A stretch of 64,000 nt of DNA. It comes from a bacterium (GTDB lineage Bacteria; Zhuqueibacterota; Zhuqueibacteria; Residuimicrobiales; Krinioviventaceae). Location of the stretch: positions 2,112,001-2,176,000 of the forward strand of contig OY843751.1 of NCBI GenBank assembly GCA_963693055.1, given 5' to 3'. The position numbers and the translations under genes are program-made. A model generated the notes under the pieces. It had not been told where the DNA came from and searched no databases. It was given only the letters and a program-made list of their open reading frames with translations. How positions within the stretch are numbered: position 1 is the stretch's first letter; the number at the start of each line of letters is the position of its first letter. Positions 44,088 through 53,105 of the stretch are shown here, one piece after another.

Positions 44088-45446
44088 ATGTTGAAAAATA
44101 TATTCAAAGTTTCAATCAGGATTGTATTGGCTTTGCTTTTAATAATTGTACTTTTTCTATCCGCATGCCTTCGAAGAATTGATTATCGACCATATCAGGA
44201 AAGTAAATATTATGAGGCAACAATCCGGCAGCTTGATAATATAGTTAAGGACTATCCTGATTCCAAACCAGATACATTATTCATGGGAGCAGCGAAAGCA
44301 GGTATAACACCACCGATTGGTTTGCCTTTGGCTGGTTTTGGAAACCGCAAAGGAAAGCCCTCAACCGGAGTACATGATAGTTTGTTTGTTCGCGTTATAG
44401 CCTTAAAGAGTGGTGCACAGCAAGCCTTTATTGTTGGTTATAATGCACTTTTACTTCATCCCCCGGTAGCAAGGATGTTTGAAAAAAAAGCGAAACAGAT
44501 GCTGGATGTTGAACCTGAATCGTTTTTTTATACAGCTACACATTCACACTCGGGCCCGGGTGGATGGGGCAGTGGCTTTGTTGAGGAACAATTTTCAGGT
44601 CCGTTCGATTCTACTATTGTTCATATACTCATTGATAGCACTTTGGCTGCAGTTTCCCGTGCAAAGTTGGAATTACAGCCATCAACCTTTACAGTACAGA
44701 CGGTACATGCACCCGAATTTATACGAAATCGTTTGGTTGGCGATGAAGGACAAGTAGATGATGATTTGATATTTGCAGCATTCACGTCAGATACCGGGCA
44801 GAATGCTGTATGTGCAACTTATTCTGCGCATGCTACCGTTTTACCGGGGAGCAACATGCATTTTAGCGGGGATTATCCCGGATACATGGAACGCAAAGTT
44901 GAATCCGAATGGGATGCAACATGTTTATTTGCCGCGGCAGGTTTGGGAAGTCATAGTAACAAGGGCAAGGGAGAAAAGTTTGATAAAGCAGCCTATATTG
45001 GTGAAGGACTTGCGGACAGCTTGTTGAATAATTTACCGTTGAAATTTAATTCAAAACAAACAGTGTTAAAAGTGTTACGTATACCGGTAACCAAACCCCG
45101 CTTGCAAATTAAAATCAATAATGATATTTGCCTGGCCCCCTGGTTTGCTAAACAATTATTTAAACCGTACGATGCGTATTTACAATTCATTGTATTGAAT
45201 GATTTCATTATGATAGGCAGTCCGGGAGAATTTAGTGGGGAATTGGCCCTTGAAGTCAAACACTATGCTGCTCAATATGGGAAAATTGCAACCGTAACCA
45301 GTTTCAATGGTTGTTATATGGGTTATGTTACACCTTCAAAATATTACCATCTAGATAAATACGAAACTAAATTGATGAGTTGGTATGGTCCCTGGTCTGG
45401 AGATTATCTTGCTGATCTGATGAAGCAGATGATTGATCGATTGTAA
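44088..45446 (+). CDS. Neutral/alkaline ceramidase-like metallohydrolase
   Basis: GITPP...GVHDSL, ATHSHSGP, AHAT, SGDYPG, PGE. Confidence 0.75.
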   Translation: MLKNIFKVSIRIVLALLLIIVLFLSACLRRIDYRPYQESKYYEATIRQLDNIVKDYPDSKPDTLFMGAAKAGITPPIGLPLAGFGNRKGKPSTGVHDSLFVRVIALKSGAQQAFIVGYNALLLHPPVARMFEKKAKQMLDVEPESFFYTATHSHSGPGGWGSGFVEEQFSGPFDSTIVHILIDSTLAAVSRAKLELQPSTFTVQTVHAPEFIRNRLVGDEGQVDDDLIFAAFTSDTGQNAVCATYSAHATVLPGSNMHFSGDYPGYMERKVESEWDATCLFAAAGLGSHSNKGKGEKFDKAAYIGEGLADSLLNNLPLKFNSKQTVLKVLRIPVTKPRLQIKINNDICLAPWFAKQLFKPYDAYLQFIVLNDFIMIGSPGEFSGELALEVKHYAAQYGKIATVTSFNGCYMGYVTPSKYYHLDKYETKLMSWYGPWSGDYLADLMKQMIDRL

Positions 45447-45487
45447 AAAAAAAAATGGAGAAAAATGCAACTCGATGAAATAAGTAT

Positions 45488-45515
45488 TTGCATTTAAAAA
45501 ATAAAATGTTATATT
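45488..45515 (+). promoter_or_regulatory. Probable sigma70 promoter of the tRNA
   Basis: TTGCAT, then TGn-TATATT extended -10, ending 15 nt upstream of the tRNA. Confidence 0.55.
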
Positions 45516-45530
45516 TATCACTGCTTACCA

Positions 45531-45603
45531 GGGCCCATAGCTCAACGGTTAGAGCAACGGACTCATAATCCGCAGGTTCGGGGTTCAAATCCCTGTGGGC
45601 CCA
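45531..45603 (+). tRNA. tRNA with CAT anticodon, most likely tRNA-Ile2 (lysidine); CCA not encoded
   Basis: Acceptor GGGCCCA/TGGGCCC, D arm GCTC/GAGC, anticodon loop CTCATAA, T loop TTCAAAT. G1-C72 pair excludes initiator; C4/C5 acceptor resembles Ile2. Confidence 0.92.
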
Positions 45604-45608
45604 CTTTT

Positions 45609-45644
45609 AAAGCCTCTAATACGATATGTGTTAGAGGCTTTTTT
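45609..45644 (+). terminator. Intrinsic terminator after the tRNA
   Basis: AAAGCCTCTAA...TTAGAGGCTTT + T-run. Confidence 0.85.
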
Positions 45645-45746
45645 ATTATTTTTATTAAAGTTACGAACAAACCTTTAAAATCAATAACTATTAGTTATTT
45701 CAGTTTTCCTTTTCAATTTCCTATCATTTCCTTCTATTTCACTTTC

Positions 45747-45769
45747 AAACTGACACAAAAACTGACACA
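45747..45769 (+). repeat. Tandem 11-bp direct repeat (possible integrase arm-type sites)
   Basis: AAACTGACACA at 45747-57 and 45759-69. Confidence 0.55.
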
Positions 45770-45810
45770 CAAAAAAAGGGAAAAAGAGTGTATTTAAGCA
45801 CTCATTAATC

Positions 45811-46020
45811 TTAGTTATTATGCCCTTTATTTTTAATCCATGTTTCCAAATTTTTTCGAGGGATGACTTGCAATATTCTCATTGGATCACTATTATTCCA
45901 TTGAACCATGATTCTGTTATTTCTGTCAAATTTTATTCGATAATATCCAGTAAGCATTTCTAGTTGAACTGCTTTCTTTTTCTCATCTTTTATCTCTTTT
46001 TTCAATTTTGTATTTTCCAT
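45811..46020 (-). CDS. Small hypothetical protein
   Basis: MENTK...IPRKNLETWIK; start codon abuts the IS4 end. Confidence 0.35.
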   Translation of the reverse strand: MENTKLKKEIKDEKKKAVQLEMLTGYYRIKFDRNNRIMVQWNNSDPMRILQVIPRKNLETWIKNKGHNN

Positions 46021-47291
46021 CATTAGTATCCGGTTTAAGTTTTAAACAAGCAAAATTGCCTGGTGTTCTTTCGAAATAATTTGGGATAAAACATTTCCAT
46101 AATAAATTTACGTTCAAGCAGGTTAACCTCAAGCAGTCTGAAAATCTGCTGAATGGATTGTTTTAATTTTTGAGAGTACTTTAAATAACTATCCATCAGG
46201 TAGGCAATCATAGCAATCCAAATTTGAGTTAACACCGCGTTTTTTGAAGTACCAATGAATCTCTTGATTTTTAAATTTTGTTTGATGGTTTTAAAGAACA
46301 GTTCAATTTCCCAACGTGCTTTATAAATTGCAGCAATGGTTTTTGAATCAAGATCATTCGTAAGGAACGTGAGTTCTTTGGCGGTTTCCGGATCCTGATA
46401 AAATATTTTCCGGATCGGAAACGGATATTTTTTATGACTTTGGTAGCCGGTAAATTCTATGATACTATCCGTCAAAACACCATTTTTCGGGTCAGGCACA
46501 TTATAACTCAAGCTGCGAAAGGCGGCATTTTCCTTCATTCTGGTTACAAATCGTATCTTATTGTTTTTAAAACGGTTATAAAGTTCCAGATCATGATACC
46601 CTTTGTCAAAAGTAAGATAACTGCCTTCTGGAATGTTCATTAGCCTGGCAGCAGTCACATCATGCATTTTCCCGTCAGAGATATTCATAAAGACGGGTAA
46701 TGAACCGTCGGCCTGCATGAGTGTATGCATTCGAACTGCCCCTTTTGTTGAACGGAAACGGGCCCATGGAAATAACTTGAGGCATAGATCAATTGTGCTC
46801 GAGTCCATGATATAGAGTTTGGAACCCAAATCAAGCTTATATTGGGGCGCTAAATTTTGTACTTGTTTAAGAAAGATATAAAATAGTTCTTCATAAATTT
46901 CAAAAGGTCGTTTATTGTTAGCGTCTGCCAATGTGGAACGTTTCATAGGTTTGCTGCCGAGATGATAGAACTTGTTTATTTGAGAATTTGAACTGAAAAC
47001 GATATCGCGCAGTGAATGACGGCTACCGAGCTGACCGAATAAAATATGCACAAACTGATCCCAACATGTCAATGTACGGGATCGATAATCGCCATTGTGT
47101 TTTTTACAACTTTTTCAAATTCAAAGATAAGCATTACATTATGTTTAACATTTGTCGAAAAATTGTTTTATTATATGCCATGCCCGATAACCTTTTGTTT
47201 TGTTAGATTTTGTGTGCAAACAAATATAACAATTATTTTGGTTTTTCGGGCTATTTTTGTTTATATGTATTCTTTTAACCGGACACTAATG
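46021..47291 (-). mobile_element. IS4-family insertion sequence (inactive)
   Basis: 15-bp TIRs CATTAGTATCCGGTT (46021) and rc CATTAGTGTCCGGTT (47277-91); DUF4372 + DDE transposase. Confidence 0.9.
46035..47181 (-). pseudogene. IS4 transposase, frameshifted near the N-terminus
   Basis: MAYNKTIFRQML start at 47181 is out of frame with LTCWDQF...DSSTIDLC...FDKGY...YKARWEIELFFK. Confidence 0.85.
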
Positions 47292-47338
47292 ATATTAAAT
47301 ATAAATTTAATAAATATATAAATACCATATCTACATCT

Positions 47339-48229
47339 ATGCTATTAAGCTCAAAGGTAATTCAAAGATTGGAAAAATTTTCACGGCTTGATTCTAAAGG
47401 GCGTTTGTATTTTGTAATCAATGGAAAAGCATATACTGCAAAGCAAACAGCTGATCGTTTTATTTTTAATACAAAATCCCACGGTGGGAATTCAAGAAAC
47501 GTTCGTTATGAGAGATTGCCAAATGGGGAATACTGGAAAGCAGAGATAAATCCGATTGATGATTGTGTTTATTTTAACTTTTCGTGGGATAACGTTTTTG
47601 CCTTAACCGAACGTGAATTGCTTAATTGTAAAAGATTCATGGCAATAGTGCAGACATGCAATGTTGGGATGTCGAGATTTGCATTTATGACTAGAAAAAA
47701 GATTGTACTTCTTTTCCGGGAATTCGGTGTGAAATATGTTTTGACAAAATTGAGATATATAATTCAACTTGATTTATCGCTTTTTATCAGGAATCCTTTT
47801 AGGTATTTATGGGCTGCATTGGTAAATGATCGAGAGACAGGTTGGGAAAATTCAATTGCTGTCAAGGATGAACGTAGAGACAATGATGGTATTAGGCGAA
47901 CTGATGGTTCTTATTCGAAATTTGAAATACCGCTTATAAGTCCAGTATTAAGAAAAATGTCTAAACTTATTTCTAATAACACAAGCTCTGTTGAAGCAAG
48001 AGATGAGAAATGGTATTATTGGCTTCTCGGCTTATGTTTAACTGATCAATTGCATGAAGAAATTCACACCGAAGGATATTTTTGTGAGCATGAAAAAAAT
48101 ATGTATCCATTTAGAAACCTTTGGGATGATTTTTATAAGGAGTGGGAAGAAGGTTGGAAGCTGAAGGATCGGGAAACAATAAACGCATACAGTCCGGGTA
48201 TCCTTGCATTGACCACGGAAGGTTATTAA
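47339..48229 (+). CDS. Hypothetical protein (possible mobile-element replication-related protein)
   Basis: 296-aa ORF; IRNPFRYLWAALVND resembles a helical motif seen in Rep C-termini (weak). Confidence 0.5.
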   Translation: MLLSSKVIQRLEKFSRLDSKGRLYFVINGKAYTAKQTADRFIFNTKSHGGNSRNVRYERLPNGEYWKAEINPIDDCVYFNFSWDNVFALTERELLNCKRFMAIVQTCNVGMSRFAFMTRKKIVLLFREFGVKYVLTKLRYIIQLDLSLFIRNPFRYLWAALVNDRETGWENSIAVKDERRDNDGIRRTDGSYSKFEIPLISPVLRKMSKLISNNTSSVEARDEKWYYWLLGLCLTDQLHEEIHTEGYFCEHEKNMYPFRNLWDDFYKEWEEGWKLKDRETINAYSPGILALTTEGY

Positions 48230-48244
48230 TACATAGGAGAAAAT

Positions 48245-48613
48245 ATGGATTTAACACTAAAACAACCCATGCTAAACAACACAACGTTTGCTGAAATATT
48301 ACATTGGTCAACCAAAAACCAATTGATTGAAAAGAACCAATGGGCAGATTCGAAAGACTGGCAACCGGTTCTTGAACAGGTCCTGAAAGAAAAGAATACA
48401 AGCATTAAAAAGTTGTTTAGTAGGAAATTCAGGATTGTGAATTTTATAGAATTCACTGAATCTGCATTTGATACTGCAAAATTATTGATTGGAGAATCTG
48501 CAACATTTGAAGAACATAAAAATATTGTCCTTTCCATCTTGTTGCATTATAATGATCAATATGATTTGTTTGAAAAATTGGATAAAATCAGTACCGGGAA
48601 AATGAAAAATTGA
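48245..48613 (+). CDS. Hypothetical protein
   Basis: RBS AGGAG, 122-aa ORF. Confidence 0.55.
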   Translation: MDLTLKQPMLNNTTFAEILHWSTKNQLIEKNQWADSKDWQPVLEQVLKEKNTSIKKLFSRKFRIVNFIEFTESAFDTAKLLIGESATFEEHKNIVLSILLHYNDQYDLFEKLDKISTGKMKN

Positions 48614-48905
48614 TCGTTTGGAATTAGATTAAAAGTTGTTAAATTATATAAAAATAATTGCTTGTCATATGTATTACTCATGTTGATCATGATGTCATGC
48701 TTTATAATCCCTGAGCAAATAAATAAAACAGGGATAATTTACAATTTACATTTCTGAATCCTTTCATTAGCAATTCGTTAAATTCCTTGCTTTTATCCCC
48801 GAAAATTTTTATATCAGTACATGTTTTGTTTGGGGCCCTTTGGGGTTAATTTTTTTATTGATATAATATCTTGTAACACATACACACCAATCTCCGGAGA
48901 CGCGA

Positions 48906-50459
48906 ATGGCAAAGGCCAATAACAACAATAATAAATCTGAATCCATTGAAAAACAGTTGTGGAAAGCTGCGGACAAGCTCCGTAAAAATATAGATGCGGC
49001 TGAATACAAGCATATTGTGTTGGGATTGATTTTCCTGCGATACATATCTGATGCGTTTGAAAAATTATACGATATCCTGAAAAAGGGTGAGGGCGAGTAT
49101 GAGGGAGCAGACCCAGAGGACAAGGACGAGTACAAGGCAGAGAATGTCTTTTTCGTGCCCGAGATTGCGCGCTGGTCTTATTTACAATCCAAGGCCAAGC
49201 TGCCGGATATCGGCAAGACTGTTGACGATGCCATGGATGCCATTGAAAAAGACAATCCCTCGTTGCGGGATGTGCTGCCCAAGGTCTTTGCCAGGGGCAA
49301 TCTGGACCCCACCAATCTTGGCGGCCTGATCGATCTCATCAGCAATGTGGCCCTCAAAGAAGCCAAACAGCGCAGTGCCGATGTGTTTGGTCATGTGTTT
49401 GAATATTTTCTCGGCGAGTTTGCCCTGGCAGAGGGTAAAAAGGGGGGACAATTTTACACGCCCCGCAGTGTTGTCGAGTTGCTGGTTGAAATGCTTGAAC
49501 CGTACAAGGGCCGTGTCTTTGATCCCTGTTGCGGTTCCGGTGGCATGTTTGTCCAGTCTGAAAAATTTGTGCAGGACCACCAGGGATTGTTGAACGATAT
49601 CTCTATTTACGGACAGGAAAGCAACCAGACCACATGGCGGCTGGCCAAAATGAACCTGGCCATTCGCGGTATTGACAGTTCTCAGGTAAAATGGAACAAT
49701 GAAGGTTCGTTTTTGAATGACGCCCACAAGGACCTGAAAGCCGATTTTGTTATTGCCAATCCGCCATTTAATGACAGCGACTGGAGCGGCGATCTGCTCC
49801 GTAATGACGGCCGCTGGAAGCTCGGTACACCGCCAGCCGGTAATGCCAACTATGCCTGGATACAGCACTTTTTGTATCACCTCAGCCCGAGCGGACAAGC
49901 CGGGTTCGTTCTGGCAAAAGGATCACTGACTACCAAGACCTCCGGTGAAGGCGATATCCGTAAAGCATTGATCGAAGCGCGCTTGGTGGATTGTATTGTC
50001 AACCTGCCTGCCAAGCTGTTTCTGAACACCCAGATACCGGCCAGCTTGTGGTTCCTAAGCCGCAATAAAGCCAATGGAAATTATAGAAATCGAGTGGATG
50101 AAATTCTGTTTATCGATGCCCGCAATCTGGGCCACCTGATCAACCGCAGGACCCGCGAGTTTTCTGATGAGGATATTGCAGCCATCGCAAACACCTATCA
50201 CAACTGGCGTAATCCTGAAGGGGATTATGAGGATGTAAAAGGCTTTTGCAATTCTGCCCCTATTGACCGGGTACGGGAACTGGATTATGTACTCACACCC
50301 GGACGCTATGTGGGACTACCGGAAGAAGAGGATAATTTTGATTTTACCGAGCGCTTTACCCAACTCAAAACCGAGTTTGAAGAACAGCTAAAGGAAGAAG
50401 CCAGGTTGAATGAGTTGATCATTGAGAATTTGAACAAGATCGAGTTGAATAAAGAGTGA
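48906..50459 (+). CDS. hsdM: Type I R-M methyltransferase
   Basis: [28 protein letters not shown]. Confidence 0.97.
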   Translation: MAKANNNNNKSESIEKQLWKAADKLRKNIDAAEYKHIVLGLIFLRYISDAFEKLYDILKKGEGEYEGADPEDKDEYKAENVFFVPEIARWSYLQSKAKLPDIGKTVDDAMDAIEKDNPSLRDVLPKVFARGNLDPTNLGGLIDLISNVALKEAKQRSADVFGHVFEYFLGEFALAEGKKGGQFYTPRSVVELLVEMLEPYKGRVFDPCCGSGGMFVQSEKFVQDHQGLLNDISIYGQESNQTTWRLAKMNLAIRGIDSSQVKWNNEGSFLNDAHKDLKADFVIANPPFNDSDWSGDLLRNDGRWKLGTPPAGNANYAWIQHFLYHLSPSGQAGFVLAKGSLTTKTSGEGDIRKALIEARLVDCIVNLPAKLFLNTQIPASLWFLSRNKANGNYRNRVDEILFIDARNLGHLINRRTREFSDEDIAAIANTYHNWRNPEGDYEDVKGFCNSAPIDRVRELDYVLTPGRYVGLPEEEDNFDFTERFTQLKTEFEEQLKEEARLNELIIENLNKIELNKE

Positions 50460-50474
50460 CTTTTTATCGGATTC

Positions 50475-50700
50475 AATCCCGTCGAATTCGACGGGATTAG
50501 ATTGATTTCAGGATTCAAGTTTTTTATGGTCACAATTTGTGACCTTATATATTATATCAATCAAAGTATAATATAGAATCTCTTATTATACTTTACCGTC
50601 TTAAAGTATAATAAGAAAATCCTTATTTTACTTTAAGGGCTAAAAGTAAAATAAAGAAATTTATATTTAACTTAATAGGCTAAAGTTAGATAAAAGAATA
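50475..50700. repeat. Cluster of palindromes between hsdM and hsdS
   Basis: AATCCCGTCGAATTCGACGGGATT; GGTCACAATTTGTGACC; about 3.5 tandem ~39-bp units AAAGTATAATA-N11-TATTATACTTT. Confidence 0.85.
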
Positions 50701-50782
50701 GGAAAAAGGTTAATCTTTAAGATTATTTTAATAATGTTCATACAATAAATTTTGTTCAATATTTTTAAGGATTGTTACAAGC

Positions 50783-51964
50783 ATGGGTAAATACCTATTG
50801 TCGGACATTGCAACTATAGTAGATTGTGAGCACAAGACTGCACCAATTGTTGAAAATAGTGATTATTACTCTATTAGGACTACAAATATAAAGAATGGAA
50901 AGATTGATTTCGATAGTTCTAATAGAGTTTCATATGAAACTTATTTAAAATGGACAAATCGAGCTGTTCCAGAAGCTGAAGATATTATAATTGCAAGAGA
51001 AGCACCTGTAGGAGAAGTAGGGTGGATAAAAAATGGATATAAGATTTGTTTGGGGCAAAGAACTGTATTAATAAAAGTTACTGATGATAAAGTAAATAAG
51101 AAATATCTATTATACTTTTTAGCAAATCCATCAACAAAACATGAACTACAAGTCCGATCAACAGGTAGTGTTGTTTCTCATTTAAATGTTAAAGATATAA
51201 AAAATTTTGAAATAAATTTTCCTTCTCTCCCCGAACAAAAAGCCATTGCCTCTGTGCTTTCCAGTCTTGATGACAAGATTGACCTGCTGCACCGCCAGAA
51301 CAAAACCCTCGAAGCCCTGGCCGAAACGCTCTTCCGGCAGTGGTTTCTGGAAGAAGCGCAGGAGGATTGGGAGGAGGTTAAATTAGGGGATTATATTGTT
51401 ACTAACAAAACATCTATTACAAAAGATACTTTATTGAAAAAAATTAGATATTTAGATACTGGTTCTTTAATTGAAGGAAAAATTGAAAAGTTTCAAAAGT
51501 TAGATTTGGTTGATGCACCAAGTCGTGCTCGTAGAATTGTAAGACATAATGATATATTAATTTCAACTGTCCGTCCAAATCAAAAACATTATGGAATTCT
51601 TAAACATCCAGATACGGATATTATTGCCTCAACTGGATTTTGTGTTATTACATGTAAACAAATAGATCCTCATTTTGTTTATTTATTATTAACAACAGAT
51701 GATATGACAGAATATTTGCACTCGATTGCTGAAGGTTCAACATCAACTTATCCATCTTTGAAGCCTTCCGATATTGAAAATTTAAAATTTTTATTACCAC
51801 CAATGAAGAAATTAAAGTTCTTTTCAGAGTTTGCTGACAATACTTGGAAAAAAATTGATTACATCCATGAACAAATTCGTACACTTGAAAAACTTAGAGA
51901 CACTTTGTTGCCAAAAATAATGAGTGGTGAAATAAGAATTAGTATGGAGAAAAATAATGCCTGA
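50783..51964 (+). CDS. hsdS: Type I R-M specificity subunit
   Basis: Two TRDs separated by LPEQKAIASVLSSLDDKI...; C-term LRDTLLPKIMSGEI. Confidence 0.96.
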   Translation: MGKYLLSDIATIVDCEHKTAPIVENSDYYSIRTTNIKNGKIDFDSSNRVSYETYLKWTNRAVPEAEDIIIAREAPVGEVGWIKNGYKICLGQRTVLIKVTDDKVNKKYLLYFLANPSTKHELQVRSTGSVVSHLNVKDIKNFEINFPSLPEQKAIASVLSSLDDKIDLLHRQNKTLEALAETLFRQWFLEEAQEDWEEVKLGDYIVTNKTSITKDTLLKKIRYLDTGSLIEGKIEKFQKLDLVDAPSRARRIVRHNDILISTVRPNQKHYGILKHPDTDIIASTGFCVITCKQIDPHFVYLLLTTDDMTEYLHSIAEGSTSTYPSLKPSDIENLKFLLPPMKKLKFFSEFADNTWKKIDYIHEQIRTLEKLRDTLLPKIMSGEIRISMEKNNA

Positions 51965-53095
51965 TGGGGCTATTATGCGATAAAAGGGTTTGAATTCCAA
52001 ATAGATAAAACAGTTTTGGAATTATTATCAGCAGAAGATACTAATCCCGTATTCCTTGAACGAATTCAGGATATCGATACAAATAGTTATGTGATTCAAG
52101 TTAAATATAAAGAGACACAGGATTACACACCCTTCAAGATAAAAGAACCTGTAATTCAATTGTTAAATGAATATCAAAAATATCCCCAAAAAATCTATTA
52201 TTTATACTGTTATTTCAATGATCAAGGGGAAGAATCCAGAAAGCTCAATGAAGCTGGACTTGATAAAATATTGGGAAACAAAAAAGAAGATTTTCAAAGC
52301 TCGTTAAAAAAAGCATTTGTTAATAATTTTTTACTCGTTTTTTCAAAATCATTTCAGGAACAGTTTGATCAAGTTATTAAAGTGATTAAAGATGTGTTTC
52401 ATTGTTCTTCTTTTGAAGAAGCTTTGATTTACTATTCGAGTATTACAAATCATTTACGTAAACTTGTTACAAACTATACAGAACCCAATTTAAGAAAATG
52501 CACGAAATCTGAAATAGAAGAATTAATTTTATCAAATCGGAAAATTGTTTTTGATTCAGCTTATCGCTTTTATATGGGGAGGCAAAATTATTTTGCTATG
52601 ATCAGAAAACGACATTTTTCTTTTCGTAATATAGATAACTGGGAACGTTTTTTCCTGATTGATTTAACTGGAAAGGAAAGTGTTTCGGCTCTAAAGTCTG
52701 TAATCATTTCTATAAAAGAAAAGTTTTATATACAATTAAAGAGGGATATAAAATCAGGTGCACCATATATTTATTTGATTAATATTTCTGATCAACATCT
52801 TAAACAATTGAAAGCAGAGTTAATCAATGAAGGATATACTTTTAGGGATGGATATGATTTCAAAGATTCAGCTTTTCGTTTGAAAAGTATGATAGTAAAA
52901 TCAACACTTGAAAATGAAATATCATTGAAATTTATTAATAATGAAAAAGAATTATTAGATTTACTCGATTATAGATTTGATTGTACAAAAATTATTTATC
53001 AATTCTTTTTTTCCTTTCCTATGGATTATCAATTTGATATTGAAACAGTAAGTATAAATATTAAAGATATTACTGAAATTCCACAAATTTTATAA
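51957..53095 (+). pseudogene. DUF4297/Cap4-like PD-(D/E)xK nuclease, frameshifted in the first codons
   Basis: ATG 51957 plus one extra G in GGGG (51966-69) gives MPDGGYYAIKGFEFQIDKTVLELL...ERIQDID...IQVKY, in frame with ORF 52016-53095. Confidence 0.7.
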
Positions 53096-53105
53096 AAGGA
53101 GTAAC

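Noticed and set aside
45367-45588. 73-aa minus-strand ORF MNPEPADYESVAL
   Set aside because: Antisense translation of the tRNA.
45531-45603. tRNA-Met or fMet assignment
   Set aside because: Paired G1-C72 and no GGG/CCC anticodon stem exclude initiator. The acceptor stem resembles Ile2; elongator Met is not fully excluded.
50563-50700. Possible mini-CRISPR array
   Set aside because: Units abut with only ~6-nt linkers and are degenerate; there are no unique spacers and no cas genes.
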